Shown: positions 18,150-27,370 of the stretch, in pieces
Layout of the letters: each line of letters begins with the position of its first letter
Position numbering within the stretch: position 1 is the stretch's first letter
Origin: an uncultured Collinsella sp.
Lineage (GTDB): Bacteria > Actinomycetota > Coriobacteriia > Coriobacteriales > Coriobacteriaceae
Assembly: GCA_902493545.1 (NCBI GenBank)
Contig: CABUQI010000001.1
Coordinates: 10,802 to 74,801 of the forward strand
Length of the DNA stretch: 64,000 nt
Direction of reading: 5' to 3'
Made by a program: the position numbers and the translations under genes
The notes under the pieces: generated by a model
The model's input: the letters and a program-made list of their open reading frames with translations, nothing else
The model's database searches: none
What the model was told of the DNA's origin: nothing

Positions 18150-19216
18150 TATGCGTTCCCCTGTTTGGTGCCCTTCATGCGGTACAGCGAGTCCGCAAGA
18201 ATGGCAGGGTTGTTGACGCCAAAGTCGCCCAGGCGCTCCGGATCCTCGCTAATGTCGTCCATGAGCTCCTGCAGCGAGCCGTACTCGTCGACGATCTTCT
18301 CGGCCACGCCGTCGCGCACGACGGACACACGCGAAAGCGTGCGCAGGCCTAGCGGCGTCATGACGGAGTCCTCGTCCAGGTCGTCATAGCCCAGAACTGC
18401 CGCCACGTGTTGCGGGTCGGACAGGTCCTTAGGCGTCATGCGAGCGAGCTCTGCACGAATCTTCTCGGCATTAGCCTCGGAAGAATCACTTGCGTAGTCG
18501 CGGATCATCAGGTCGTATTCGGTATCCATGCTGGAACCGGCGAGCTGCTCGAGCTGCATCTGCACGAGCTTGCCCTGGTTGCCCAGCTTGACGATGCAAT
18601 CCTTAAGCTCGGTCTTTGCCTGCTGCATGATCTCGAAGCTCGAGAAAATACCGGTAATGTCGGCGAGCGTAACGTAGTCGTCGAGCTCGAGGGCCGTCAG
18701 ACGCAGCAGGGAGCGATCGAGCGACTGACGAGTAGTCTGAAGCGTGGCGACGAGCTGGTTGACCGAGCTCATGATGGTGGTGACGGGCTGGATCTCGTAG
18801 CTCTTGCCGTGAACGTACACGTTAACGACAGCACGACGGGCCGAGACCGAGATCACGATGGCATCGGTAAGCACCGACATGCGAGCGGCGGTGCGGTGAC
18901 GCATGCCCGTCTCGCTCGTGGCGAGCGAGGGGTCGGGATTGAGGTGGAAGTTGGCGCGCAGGATCTGGGTGAGGTCGCCGTCGATGACGATGGCACCGTC
19001 CATCTTGGAGAGCTCGAACAGACGGTTCGAGGTGAACGAAATGTTGAGCGGGAAGCCGTCGTTACCGGCAGCGAGCACGTTTTCGGTGTCGCCGACGCAG
19101 ATAAGGGCGCCCAGGTGACCGGCGATGATCATGTCGAGGGCGGTGCGGATCGGCTGACCAGGTGCCGTCAGGCGGATTGCCTGTTCCATACGCTTTTGCA
19201 GCTCGTTCTTATCCAA
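18149..19216 (-). CDS. disA: DNA integrity scanning diadenylate cyclase DisA
   Basis: Intact DGA and RHR motifs (KMDGAI, ETGMRHRTA); TTG start. Confidence 0.92.
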   Translation of the reverse strand: MDKNELQKRMEQAIRLTAPGQPIRTALDMIIAGHLGALICVGDTENVLAAGNDGFPLNISFTSNRLFELSKMDGAIVIDGDLTQILRANFHLNPDPSLATSETGMRHRTAARMSVLTDAIVISVSARRAVVNVYVHGKSYEIQPVTTIMSSVNQLVATLQTTRQSLDRSLLRLTALELDDYVTLADITGIFSSFEIMQQAKTELKDCIVKLGNQGKLVQMQLEQLAGSSMDTEYDLMIRDYASDSSEANAEKIRAELARMTPKDLSDPQHVAAVLGYDDLDEDSVMTPLGLRTLSRVSVVRDGVAEKIVDEYGSLQELMDDISEDPERLGDFGVNNPAILADSLYRMKGTKQGNA

Positions 19217-19374
19217 GGCATCGCTCCCATCGTATACGCTCCATAAACGCTAAATAGTTTCTCACGGTTTGTCCCTGCGGCGCTTGCGAAATCCGATGCT
19301 TACAGAATGAGCGAACACAGCTGAGAGCCCAACCCAAATCAGCTGTTCATGTGGTAGCATCGGGATTCGCATAA

Positions 19375-19509
19375 ATGAGGGAGTAGTCGCGTGATCGGGT
19401 TCGCCTCCGGTGGCGCGGCAAGTCAACACACTGGCCGATGCGGCCTGGCTTGCCTTAATGAACGAGACTCGTGGCTGTGCGCGCAACGCGTACGCCACGG
19501 GTCTTTTTT
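19375..19509 (+). promoter_or_regulatory. yybP-ykoY (Mn2+) riboswitch with intrinsic terminator
   Basis: GGGAGTAG...GTCAACAC...GAGAC core; terminator gactcgtggc/gccacgggtc + TTTTTT overlapping P1; upstream of mntP. Confidence 0.85.
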
Positions 19510-19562
19510 GTTCCTCCCCCAAGAGGTACACGCGGGCTCGCCCGCAGAGAGGGAGCCAGACT

Positions 19563-20141
19563 ATGGGACTCGCAGAGCTCGTGCTGCTCGCCGTTGGCCT
19601 TTCGATGGACGCCTTTGCCGTTTCCATCTGCAAGGGCCTTGGCATGAAGAAAATCAACCTTAAAGTCGCCGTAGTGCTCGGCCTGTTCTTTGGCGGCTTT
19701 CAGGCCGGCATGCCCGAAATAGGATGGGCGCTCGGCAGTCAATTCATGGGCATCATCGGACCCATCGACCATTGGATCGCCTTTATCCTGCTCGCCTTCA
19801 TCGGCGGCAAAATGCTGTGGGAAGCCTTTACCGAGGACGAGGATGAAGGCGACGACAAGGATGCCGAAAAAATCGACCTGGGCGAGTACCTGATCCTCGC
19901 CATCGCCACCTCAATCGACGCCCTAGCCGTGGGCATCTCGTTTGCGGCGCTCTCGGTTGACATCGTTCCCGCTGTATCGCTTATCGGCATCACAACGTTT
20001 ATCTTCTCCGTCGCCGGCGTAGCGATCGGCCACACCTTTGGCGCGCGCTACGAAAAGCCTGCCACCATCGTGGGTGGCGTCGTGCTCATCCTCATCGGGC
20101 TTAAGATCTTGCTTGAGCATCTGGGGATTTTGGCGCTGTAA
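19563..20141 (+). CDS. mntP: Manganese efflux pump MntP
   Basis: GLSMDAFAVS and ATSIDALAVG repeated motifs. Confidence 0.93.
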   Translation: MGLAELVLLAVGLSMDAFAVSICKGLGMKKINLKVAVVLGLFFGGFQAGMPEIGWALGSQFMGIIGPIDHWIAFILLAFIGGKMLWEAFTEDEDEGDDKDAEKIDLGEYLILAIATSIDALAVGISFAALSVDIVPAVSLIGITTFIFSVAGVAIGHTFGARYEKPATIVGGVVLILIGLKILLEHLGILAL

Positions 20142-20185
20142 CGCCAAACACAATCGCTCAAAACTCAACGCCGCACAAGGCCTCA

Positions 20186-20255
20186 TGCAGAGTTTTGCAT
20201 AATGCCTTTTCGTGCAGACTTTTGCATGTCATACTGATATGCAAAAGTCTGCACG
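20186..20255. promoter_or_regulatory. Probable antitoxin operator sites
   Basis: Perfect 17-bp inverted repeat cgtgcagacttttgcat (20211-20227 / 20239-20255) plus related box tgcagagttttgcat (20186-20200). Confidence 0.7.
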
Positions 20256-20268
20256 TTAGGAGATCGCC

Positions 20269-20739
20269 GTGGATACCCTTCCCATCACCACACCGCGCCA
20301 AGCTGGCATCTATGTGCGCCAGGCACGCGAGGCTCAGGGCCTCACCCGTGCCGCCCTCGCTAAAAAAGCCGGTGTTTCGGAGCGCCTGCTCGCATCGCTC
20401 GAACTAGGAGACGCCACCGGCATTCGACTCGACAAGCTGCTGACGATTTTCAATGCTCTTGGACTGGCACTCGCCGCTCAAGGGGATATCGGCGAAGCGA
20501 AAAACGAGCGACCAGTCGACGCCCCGCATGCCAATCCGCTGCCTCGCAGCATCCCCAGGCGCCATCACACTCAACGTCCTCATCATCGCAACCGTCGTAG
20601 TACCCCCATTCCGGCTCTTGCAGATGTCCCCTTTACATCCGCACTCTACGACGAGGTCTTCGCCGATTTCGCCATGTCCAATCTCGGAGTCTCGATTGCC
20701 GCAAACGTATCTAACCAAACCAAGCCCGAAGGGAAATAG
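20269..20739 (+). CDS. HipB-like XRE helix-turn-helix antitoxin
   Basis: VRQAREAQGLTRAALAKKAGVSERLLASLELG HTH directly upstream of hipA-like gene. Confidence 0.82.
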   Translation: MDTLPITTPRQAGIYVRQAREAQGLTRAALAKKAGVSERLLASLELGDATGIRLDKLLTIFNALGLALAAQGDIGEAKNERPVDAPHANPLPRSIPRRHHTQRPHHRNRRSTPIPALADVPFTSALYDEVFADFAMSNLGVSIAANVSNQTKPEGK

Positions 20740-20742
20740 CCA

Positions 20743-22047
20743 ATGGCCAGAACATCACTTCGGACCATTATTTGCGGCGTACCTGCGGGAACGCTCACGC
20801 AAGATGAGAACGGTCTTATCAGCTTTACCTACGATCATGACTATGACGGGCCAGCCCTATCGACCAACATACCCGTATCGAATCGCACATACGGACAACA
20901 GGTCATGAATCCGTACCTGTTTGGCCTCCTACCCGACAGCGAGGACCAACGAAAAGCGATTGCCACCGAATTCGACGTTAGGCCCAACAATCCCGTTGCG
21001 TTGCTCAGCCATATCGGACTCGACTGTCCGGGCGGAGTGCAGTTTTGTGCCGAAGAAGAGGCCGACGCCGTCCTGCATCGCGCTGGCGAATATCGCCCTA
21101 TAGACGACCACGAAATTGCTCTCCGCCTCAAGTCGATCAGAGATAACCGCGATGCATCGTGGATGGGTCTAGATGAAAGTTGGTCAATCGGAGGCAATCA
21201 GGGCAAGTTCGCGCTCGCGTTCATAAACGGCCGCTGGTGCGAATGCATGGGCTCCTCGCCCACGACGCATATTTTCAAAAATGGCGTTATCGGATTTAAA
21301 CTCGAGGCTCTGAATGAGTTTGTCTGCATGAAAAGCGCCCAGCGCGCCGGTATCGCAACGGCAAACGTCGAATATCGTATGTTTGAGGACGAACCCGCCC
21401 TCATTGTTGAGCGCTATGACCGCGTGAAAGTCGAAGACGGAACGATCAGACGCCTACATCAAGAAGACCTCTGTCAGGCACTTGGGGTGATGCCCGCCCA
21501 AAAGTACACGGCAGACGGCGGCCCGACCACCCGCGATATTCAAGAGCTCCTCGTAAATACGAGCCACCATCAACTTAACCTGTATCTGTTTACGCAGATA
21601 CTGTTCTTCAACGCCATTATCGGCGCACCGGATGCGCATGCGAAAAACTATTCCCTGCTCCTTGGAAACGACGGCGCAGCCATGATGGCTCGAATGTACG
21701 ATGTCGCTTCGGGCTTGGCGTACGAGCGCATGCGCCGCCGGGCGCACCTTGCCATGAGCGTTGGCGGCGAAAATCGTGTGGGGCGCATCGGTCCAGGCGC
21801 CATCCACCGATACCACGGTATGGACGACCCCGCACTGGAGGCGGCACTCACCGATGCCGGGCTATCTGAGAAGTTTTGCTTTGCGACCATGACGGACCTC
21901 GCCTACGAGGTGCCCGTTTGCATGGAAGAGGTCATGGACGAATACGCCGACCTGCCCGGCATGGCGGACCTGCGCGAACATATGCTCGGCCCCGTCCGCG
22001 AAAACTGCCAGCGCACCATCGACCTCATCAAGGCGGATATGGGCTAG
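20743..22047 (+). CDS. hipA: HipA family Ser/Thr kinase toxin
   Basis: GLLPD N-domain, SIGGNQGK P-loop, HQEDLCQALG, DAHAKNYS, MYDV. Confidence 0.9.
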   Translation: MARTSLRTIICGVPAGTLTQDENGLISFTYDHDYDGPALSTNIPVSNRTYGQQVMNPYLFGLLPDSEDQRKAIATEFDVRPNNPVALLSHIGLDCPGGVQFCAEEEADAVLHRAGEYRPIDDHEIALRLKSIRDNRDASWMGLDESWSIGGNQGKFALAFINGRWCECMGSSPTTHIFKNGVIGFKLEALNEFVCMKSAQRAGIATANVEYRMFEDEPALIVERYDRVKVEDGTIRRLHQEDLCQALGVMPAQKYTADGGPTTRDIQELLVNTSHHQLNLYLFTQILFFNAIIGAPDAHAKNYSLLLGNDGAAMMARMYDVASGLAYERMRRRAHLAMSVGGENRVGRIGPGAIHRYHGMDDPALEAALTDAGLSEKFCFATMTDLAYEVPVCMEEVMDEYADLPGMADLREHMLGPVRENCQRTIDLIKADMG

Positions 22048-22173
22048 GTGGCCGCAATTTCCCATTTCTTAAAAGAAGAGAGGGGGCACCCATCGCAAAA
22101 GCTCGGGTGCCCCCTCTCATAATGTCATCTGCAATTCGCTAGCACGTGGCTCGGACTGCTGCTAGCGCAACCT

Positions 22174-23631
22174 TTACGCAGCGAGGCGCTTGAGGACGTC
22201 GATGAGCAGCTCGTAGAAGCGCTCGGCAGAAGCGAGCTCCATGCTCTCGTCCGGGGTGTGGACATCGGAGAGCGTCGGGCCCACGGCGATGGCGTCCAGG
22301 CCGTGCAGGGCTTCGGCAAACAGGCCGCACTCAAGGCCGGCGTGAATGGACTCGATGCGCAGCTCAGAGCCAAAGAGCTCGCGATAGCTCTCGACAAAGA
22401 TGTCGCGGACCGGCGAATGCTCGGCATAGCTCCAACCGGGATACTCGAACTCAAACTTGGCGTCGAAGCCCAAGACATCGGCCAGCGTCTGCAGGCGGTC
22501 CTTGAACTCGTTCTGCAGCGAGGTGATCGAGGAGCGCGGGGACAGCATAATCTTGACCTGGTCGTCAGAGGTGGCAACCACGCCGATGTTGGAGGAAACC
22601 TCGACGGAGCCGTCGGTGGCGACGTTGCGGCGAATCACGCCGTTAGGGGCAAGACGCAGGGCGCGGATGAGGGCAAGCGCGGACTTCTGGTCCATGGCCT
22701 CGACCTCGGCGTCGTCGGCAATCTCGACGGTGCAGGTAAAGCCGGGGTCGAAGACCTCGAGCTCGGCGGTGACGTCGGCGATGATGCCCCTTGCGATCTC
22801 GGCCGCTGCCTCGGCGGCAGCGTGGTCGGCGTAAACCAGCTCGGCCTTGCACTCACGGTTGATGGCGTTGTCCTTAGTGCCGCCGTTAAAGCTGACGATG
22901 GCGGGCTCGCCGGCGACCATCAGGCGGTCGATGATGCGGGCCATGATGAGGTTGCCGTTGCCGCGCTCCAGGTGGATGTCGGCGCCGGAGTGACCACCCA
23001 GCAGGCCGGAGATCTCGAGCGTAAGGGTGCTGCCGGTCTTGTGCTCGCGCACGATCGGGCAGGTGTAGGTAACGACGACACCGCCGGCGCAGCTGACGGT
23101 GGCCACGCCCTCCTCCTCGGAATCGAGGTTGATCATGGTGCGGGCGCTGATCTGGGACTTGTCGAGCGTCTCGGCGCCAACCAGGCCGGTCTCCTCGTCG
23201 GTGGTGAACACGCACTCGAGAGCCGGATGAGCAATCGAATCGTCGTTGAGCACGGTAAGCATCAGAGCGACAGCAATGCCGTTGTCGGCGCCCAGGGTAG
23301 TGCCGTTAGCGGTGAGGACGCCGTCCTTGACGACCAGGTCGATACCATCGGTCGTAAAGTCGTGCTCAACGGAGCCCAGCTTGTCGCACACCATGTCGAT
23401 GTGGCCCTGCAGCATCACGGTCGGGGCATTCTCGGCGCCGGCAGATGCGGGCTTGCGAATGATGACGTTGTAGACCTCGTCCTGATACACGTCGAGGCCG
23501 CGCTCCTTGGCAAACGCAACCAGGAAATCGCTGATGCCCTTCTCGTTGCCAGACCCACGGGGGATCGCGCTGACCTCCTCAAAGAAATGGAACAGCTGAG
23601 CGGGCTCGTAGCCAGTAATCTTGTAGTCCAT
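22174..23631 (-). CDS. pepD: Aminoacyl-histidine dipeptidase (M20C)
   Basis: LQGHIDMV, TTLGADNG, DEETG, IHAGLECG, HTPDE. Confidence 0.92.
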   Translation of the reverse strand: MDYKITGYEPAQLFHFFEEVSAIPRGSGNEKGISDFLVAFAKERGLDVYQDEVYNVIIRKPASAGAENAPTVMLQGHIDMVCDKLGSVEHDFTTDGIDLVVKDGVLTANGTTLGADNGIAVALMLTVLNDDSIAHPALECVFTTDEETGLVGAETLDKSQISARTMINLDSEEEGVATVSCAGGVVVTYTCPIVREHKTGSTLTLEISGLLGGHSGADIHLERGNGNLIMARIIDRLMVAGEPAIVSFNGGTKDNAINRECKAELVYADHAAAEAAAEIARGIIADVTAELEVFDPGFTCTVEIADDAEVEAMDQKSALALIRALRLAPNGVIRRNVATDGSVEVSSNIGVVATSDDQVKIMLSPRSSITSLQNEFKDRLQTLADVLGFDAKFEFEYPGWSYAEHSPVRDIFVESYRELFGSELRIESIHAGLECGLFAEALHGLDAIAVGPTLSDVHTPDESMELASAERFYELLIDVLKRLAA

Positions 23632-23845
23632 GGTGCCTCCTTGGCGCAACTGGTTAGACAGTAAGACATGCGACTTGTATATTCCCAGACTTTGCGTGCA
23701 TAAACCAGTCGAAAACGCCGAGCGCCCTCGCATCATCGGCTAACGGTGGACCGTATAGCGTAACGGTCACAACTTCCGCAGCTCTACAAATCGAGGCGCC
23801 CTTTCCGGAGCGCCTCGATTGCGCGTATCAAATTGTCGCCACGCC

Positions 23846-26488
23846 CTACAGCGCGCCGGAACCGGCTTGCATCATGCCGCCGGGGCCCGAGGTCACGCCG
23901 CCGCTCACGGGCGCGGCGTTGCCGGTGTGCGGTACCGCCGGGGCGGTATCGCCACCAAGCGTGCCCGCCGGACGCGGTGCCGGGATCTCGCCCGTGCCGC
24001 GGCTAAAGACAAACTTGCCATCGGCCACGTCGCACAGGACGGTATCGCCCTCGCCCCACTCGCCAGCCAGCAGTTCCTCGGACAGCGGATCCTCGATGAG
24101 CTTTTGGATGGCACGACGCAGCGGACGCGCGCCGTTGGTGAGGTCGGTACCCTCCGCCACAATCTTGTCGTAGGCCGCATCGGTAAGCTTGATGTTCATG
24201 CCGTTTGCGATCAGGCGCTGGCGCAGATCGTCCACCAGCAGGTGCGCAATCTTGGTCAGGTTCTCGCCCGAGAGCTTCTGGAACACCACGATGTCGTCGA
24301 TACGGTTGAGCAGCTCGGGGCGGAACAGGCGCTTGAGCTCGCCCATCGCGCGGCCGCGGATCTCACTCGAGGTGAGGCCCTGCTCGCCGGTGGTGCCAAA
24401 GCCAACGCTCGCATCCTGCGCGATCTCGCGGGCGCCCACGTTTGACGTCATGATGATCACCGTATTGCGGAAGTCGACCGTCTTGCCCTGGCTATCGGTC
24501 AGACGGCCCTCCTCCAACACCTGCAGCAGGATATTGAAGATGTCGGGGTGCGCCTTCTCGATCTCGTCGAACAGCACGACCGAGTACGGGTGACGGCGAA
24601 CAGCCTTGGTGAGCTGGCCGCCCTCGTCGTGGCCCACATAGCCCGGGGGGCTACCGATGAGCTTGGAGACCTCGAACTCACTGCCAAACTCCGACATATC
24701 GAAGCTGATGAGCGCGTCCTTGCTGCCAAAGAGATACTCGGCGAGCGTCTTGGCGAGCTCGGTTTTGCCCGTGCCGGTGGGGCCCAGGAAGATAAAGCTG
24801 CCGCCGGGGCGACGCGGGTCCTTGAGCGGCGAGCGGCTGCGGCGCACGGCCTTGGCAACGGCCTCGACGGCCTCGTCCTGACCGATGATGCGCGTCTTGA
24901 GCACGCTTTCGGCCTGCAGCAGGCGGCGGCTCTCGCTCTCGGTGAGCGAGGACACCGGCACGCCCGAGGTCACGGACACGATGTCGGCAATCTGGGAGAC
25001 ATCGATGGTGAGCGGGCTGGCGTCGAGCTCGGCCGTCCAGGCAGCCTTGGCCTCGGCGAGCTCAATCTCGGCGGCCTTCTGCTGCTCGGTGATCTCGGCG
25101 GCCTTGTTCATGTCGTCGCTCTCGGTGGCCTCCTGCGCGGCGGCCTTGAGCTCCTCTATGCGATGCTCGGCCTCGCGCACCGGCTCGGGCGCACGATTCG
25201 CGGCGATGCGAGCGCGGGCACCGGCCTCGTCGATGAGGTCGATGGCCTTATCGGGCAGGAAGCGATCCTGGATGTAGCGGTTGGAAAGGTTCGCGGCGGC
25301 CTCGATAGCACCCTGCGTATAGCGCACATGGTGGTGCTCCTCGTAGCGCGGCTTGAGCGCGGTCAGGATCTTGACCGTGTCCTCGACGCTCGGCTCCTCG
25401 ACATCGATGGTCTGGAAGCGACGCTCGAAGGCCGGGTCCTTGGTGAGGTACTTGCGGAACTCCTCGGCCGTGGTGGCACCGATGATCTGGAAAGCACCGC
25501 GTGCGAGAACGGGCTTGAGCATGGAGCTCGCGTCGATGGAGCCCTCGGCAGAGCCGGCACCGATGATGGTGTGCATCTCGTCAATAAACAGGATGACGTC
25601 GTCAGCCTCGGTGGCCTCCTGGATCACGTTCTTGAGGCGCTCCTCAAACTCACCGCGATACTTGGCGCCCGCGACAAGACCCGGCAGGTCGAGCGTCCAG
25701 ATATTCTGGTTCATGAGGTTCTCGGGCACGTTGCCGGCTGCAATCTGCTGAGCCAGGCCCTCGACGATGGCCGTCTTGCCCACGCCGGGGTCGCCCAGAA
25801 TGAGCGGGTTGTTCTTGGTGCGGCGCGAAAGAATTTCCATCATACGCTGGACTTCCTTTTCGCGACCAATTACAGGGTCGAGCTCGCCATCGCGCGCCTT
25901 TTGCGTGAGGTTGGTGGCGAACTGCTTGAGCGTATCGGTGCCGCTCCCCTTTTGCTGCGACGCGTCCGAGCCGCTAAAGAACGGCAGGCCCGCACCGGGA
26001 CGCCCGGCACCGGCGCCGGCGAGCGGACGCTTCTTGTCCTGGTCCTTGGCGGTAAGTTTCTCGATAGCCTTTTTGATGGAGGCGGACGACACACCCAGGC
26101 GCATGAGGATGTCCATGGCCATGCCGTTACCCTCTTCGACGATGCCAATCAGCAAGTGCTCGGTCGACACGTAGGTCTGGTTGTTCTCACGTGCCACGCG
26201 GAAGGAGCGCTCCATCACGCTGATGACGAGCGGCGTAAAGGCAAGCTTGGCAGCCTCGGTCTCCTCGCTGGGCTCGGGAACCGTGGTCTGGACCTCCTTG
26301 AGGGTGTCCATGATGTCGTCGTAGGAGATATCAAGCGAGCGCAGCGCCTCGGCAGCGATGCCCTCGTCCTCCTTGGCGAGTGCGAGCAGCAGGTGCTCGG
26401 TGCCCACCTTATTTGAGTGCAGATCGAGCGCCTCCTGTTTGGCCATCGACATGACCTTGCGCGCTCGATCGGTAAATCTATCTAACAT
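23846..26488 (-). CDS. clpC: ATP-dependent Clp protease ATPase ClpC
   Basis: Clp N-repeats, GDPGVGKT and GPTGTGKT Walker A motifs, short middle coiled coil. Confidence 0.92.
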   Translation of the reverse strand: MLDRFTDRARKVMSMAKQEALDLHSNKVGTEHLLLALAKEDEGIAAEALRSLDISYDDIMDTLKEVQTTVPEPSEETEAAKLAFTPLVISVMERSFRVARENNQTYVSTEHLLIGIVEEGNGMAMDILMRLGVSSASIKKAIEKLTAKDQDKKRPLAGAGAGRPGAGLPFFSGSDASQQKGSGTDTLKQFATNLTQKARDGELDPVIGREKEVQRMMEILSRRTKNNPLILGDPGVGKTAIVEGLAQQIAAGNVPENLMNQNIWTLDLPGLVAGAKYRGEFEERLKNVIQEATEADDVILFIDEMHTIIGAGSAEGSIDASSMLKPVLARGAFQIIGATTAEEFRKYLTKDPAFERRFQTIDVEEPSVEDTVKILTALKPRYEEHHHVRYTQGAIEAAANLSNRYIQDRFLPDKAIDLIDEAGARARIAANRAPEPVREAEHRIEELKAAAQEATESDDMNKAAEITEQQKAAEIELAEAKAAWTAELDASPLTIDVSQIADIVSVTSGVPVSSLTESESRRLLQAESVLKTRIIGQDEAVEAVAKAVRRSRSPLKDPRRPGGSFIFLGPTGTGKTELAKTLAEYLFGSKDALISFDMSEFGSEFEVSKLIGSPPGYVGHDEGGQLTKAVRRHPYSVVLFDEIEKAHPDIFNILLQVLEEGRLTDSQGKTVDFRNTVIIMTSNVGAREIAQDASVGFGTTGEQGLTSSEIRGRAMGELKRLFRPELLNRIDDIVVFQKLSGENLTKIAHLLVDDLRQRLIANGMNIKLTDAAYDKIVAEGTDLTNGARPLRRAIQKLIEDPLSEELLAGEWGEGDTVLCDVADGKFVFSRGTGEIPAPRPAGTLGGDTAPAVPHTGNAAPVSGGVTSGPGGMMQAGSGAL

Positions 26489-26680
26489 GCTCGTTTCCTT
26501 ACATGAGTTCATCGAAATCAAAACGCCCGCCCGTCGGCGGCGCTTTTGTCTCTTTACCCACAGGTTGTCTATGTTAACAGCTGGAGGAATATCTATAAAC
26601 CCGGCTCACATGAATGCAGGTTATGACCGCATCGCGGGACTCACCGCGCGATGCGCGACAGGCGCCCCGCAAGAGAAACC

Positions 26681-27370
26681 CTAGGCGTCTTTCACCACGT
26701 CGGGACTCGTCGCACGCGATGCGCGATAGGCATCGGCCTCCTTGGAGACGCGTTCGAGCAGCTCGGATGTATCGACGCCCTCGACTTGCGCGACCGTTTC
26801 CACCGTCTGCATGGCGACCGCCCTCAGGTACGCGCACGCGCTGTCCCCCGGCTGCTCGAGGTCTATCTCCTCGCCGCCCTCCCGGGCAAAGCCGACCGCC
26901 ATCACAAAGCCCATGATGCCCGAGACCAGAAAGCCCACCGCAAAGCTCGAATCTGCCTTGAGCTCTTCTCCGTCGGGGTGGACGATCTCTCTCACGCGGT
27001 CGATGATGATCGTATGGATGCCCTGCACGACCTGCTCGGCGGCACCCGCCCTCATGGTGATGACGATGCGCCGCAGCAGGCAGCGGACGTCGCGCCGGTC
27101 GAACGCCGAAAGGTCGCCCTCGCTCGAAAAATGCCAGAGGGCATCGGTGATGAGCTCGTTATCCTGCAGCAGCTGGGCTATGGCGATGGCGACGAGTTCA
27201 TCGAAATCGTGAAAATAGTAGTAAAACGTTCCGCGATTGCACTGGGCGGCGCGGGTCACCTCGCCAACCGACAGCTCGAAGATGCTGTTGTTCTCGATGA
27301 GCTCCCAAAACGCCTCGATGATACGGGTGCGTGCATCGGGCGCATCGGCGTCCTTACGCGGTCTCGCCAT
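26681..27370 (-). CDS. TetR/AcrR family regulator
   Basis: MARPRK...SVGEVTRAAQCNRGTFYYYF HTH; overlaps end of activase gene. Confidence 0.9.
   Translation of the reverse strand: MARPRKDADAPDARTRIIEAFWELIENNSIFELSVGEVTRAAQCNRGTFYYYFHDFDELVAIAIAQLLQDNELITDALWHFSSEGDLSAFDRRDVRCLLRRIVITMRAGAAEQVVQGIHTIIIDRVREIVHPDGEELKADSSFAVGFLVSGIMGFVMAVGFAREGGEEIDLEQPGDSACAYLRAVAMQTVETVAQVEGVDTSELLERVSKEADAYRASRATSPDVVKDA

Noticed and set aside
19410..19562. N-terminal extension of mntP in the ORF track
   Set aside because: Overlaps the yybP-ykoY riboswitch and terminator; ATG 19563 has an RBS.
20186..22119. Mobile element carrying hipBA
   Set aside because: No transposase, integrase or flanking direct repeats seen; acquisition is plausible but unsupported here.
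24548..26416. 622-aa plus-strand ORF opposite clpC
   Set aside because: Antisense shadow of a well-supported gene.
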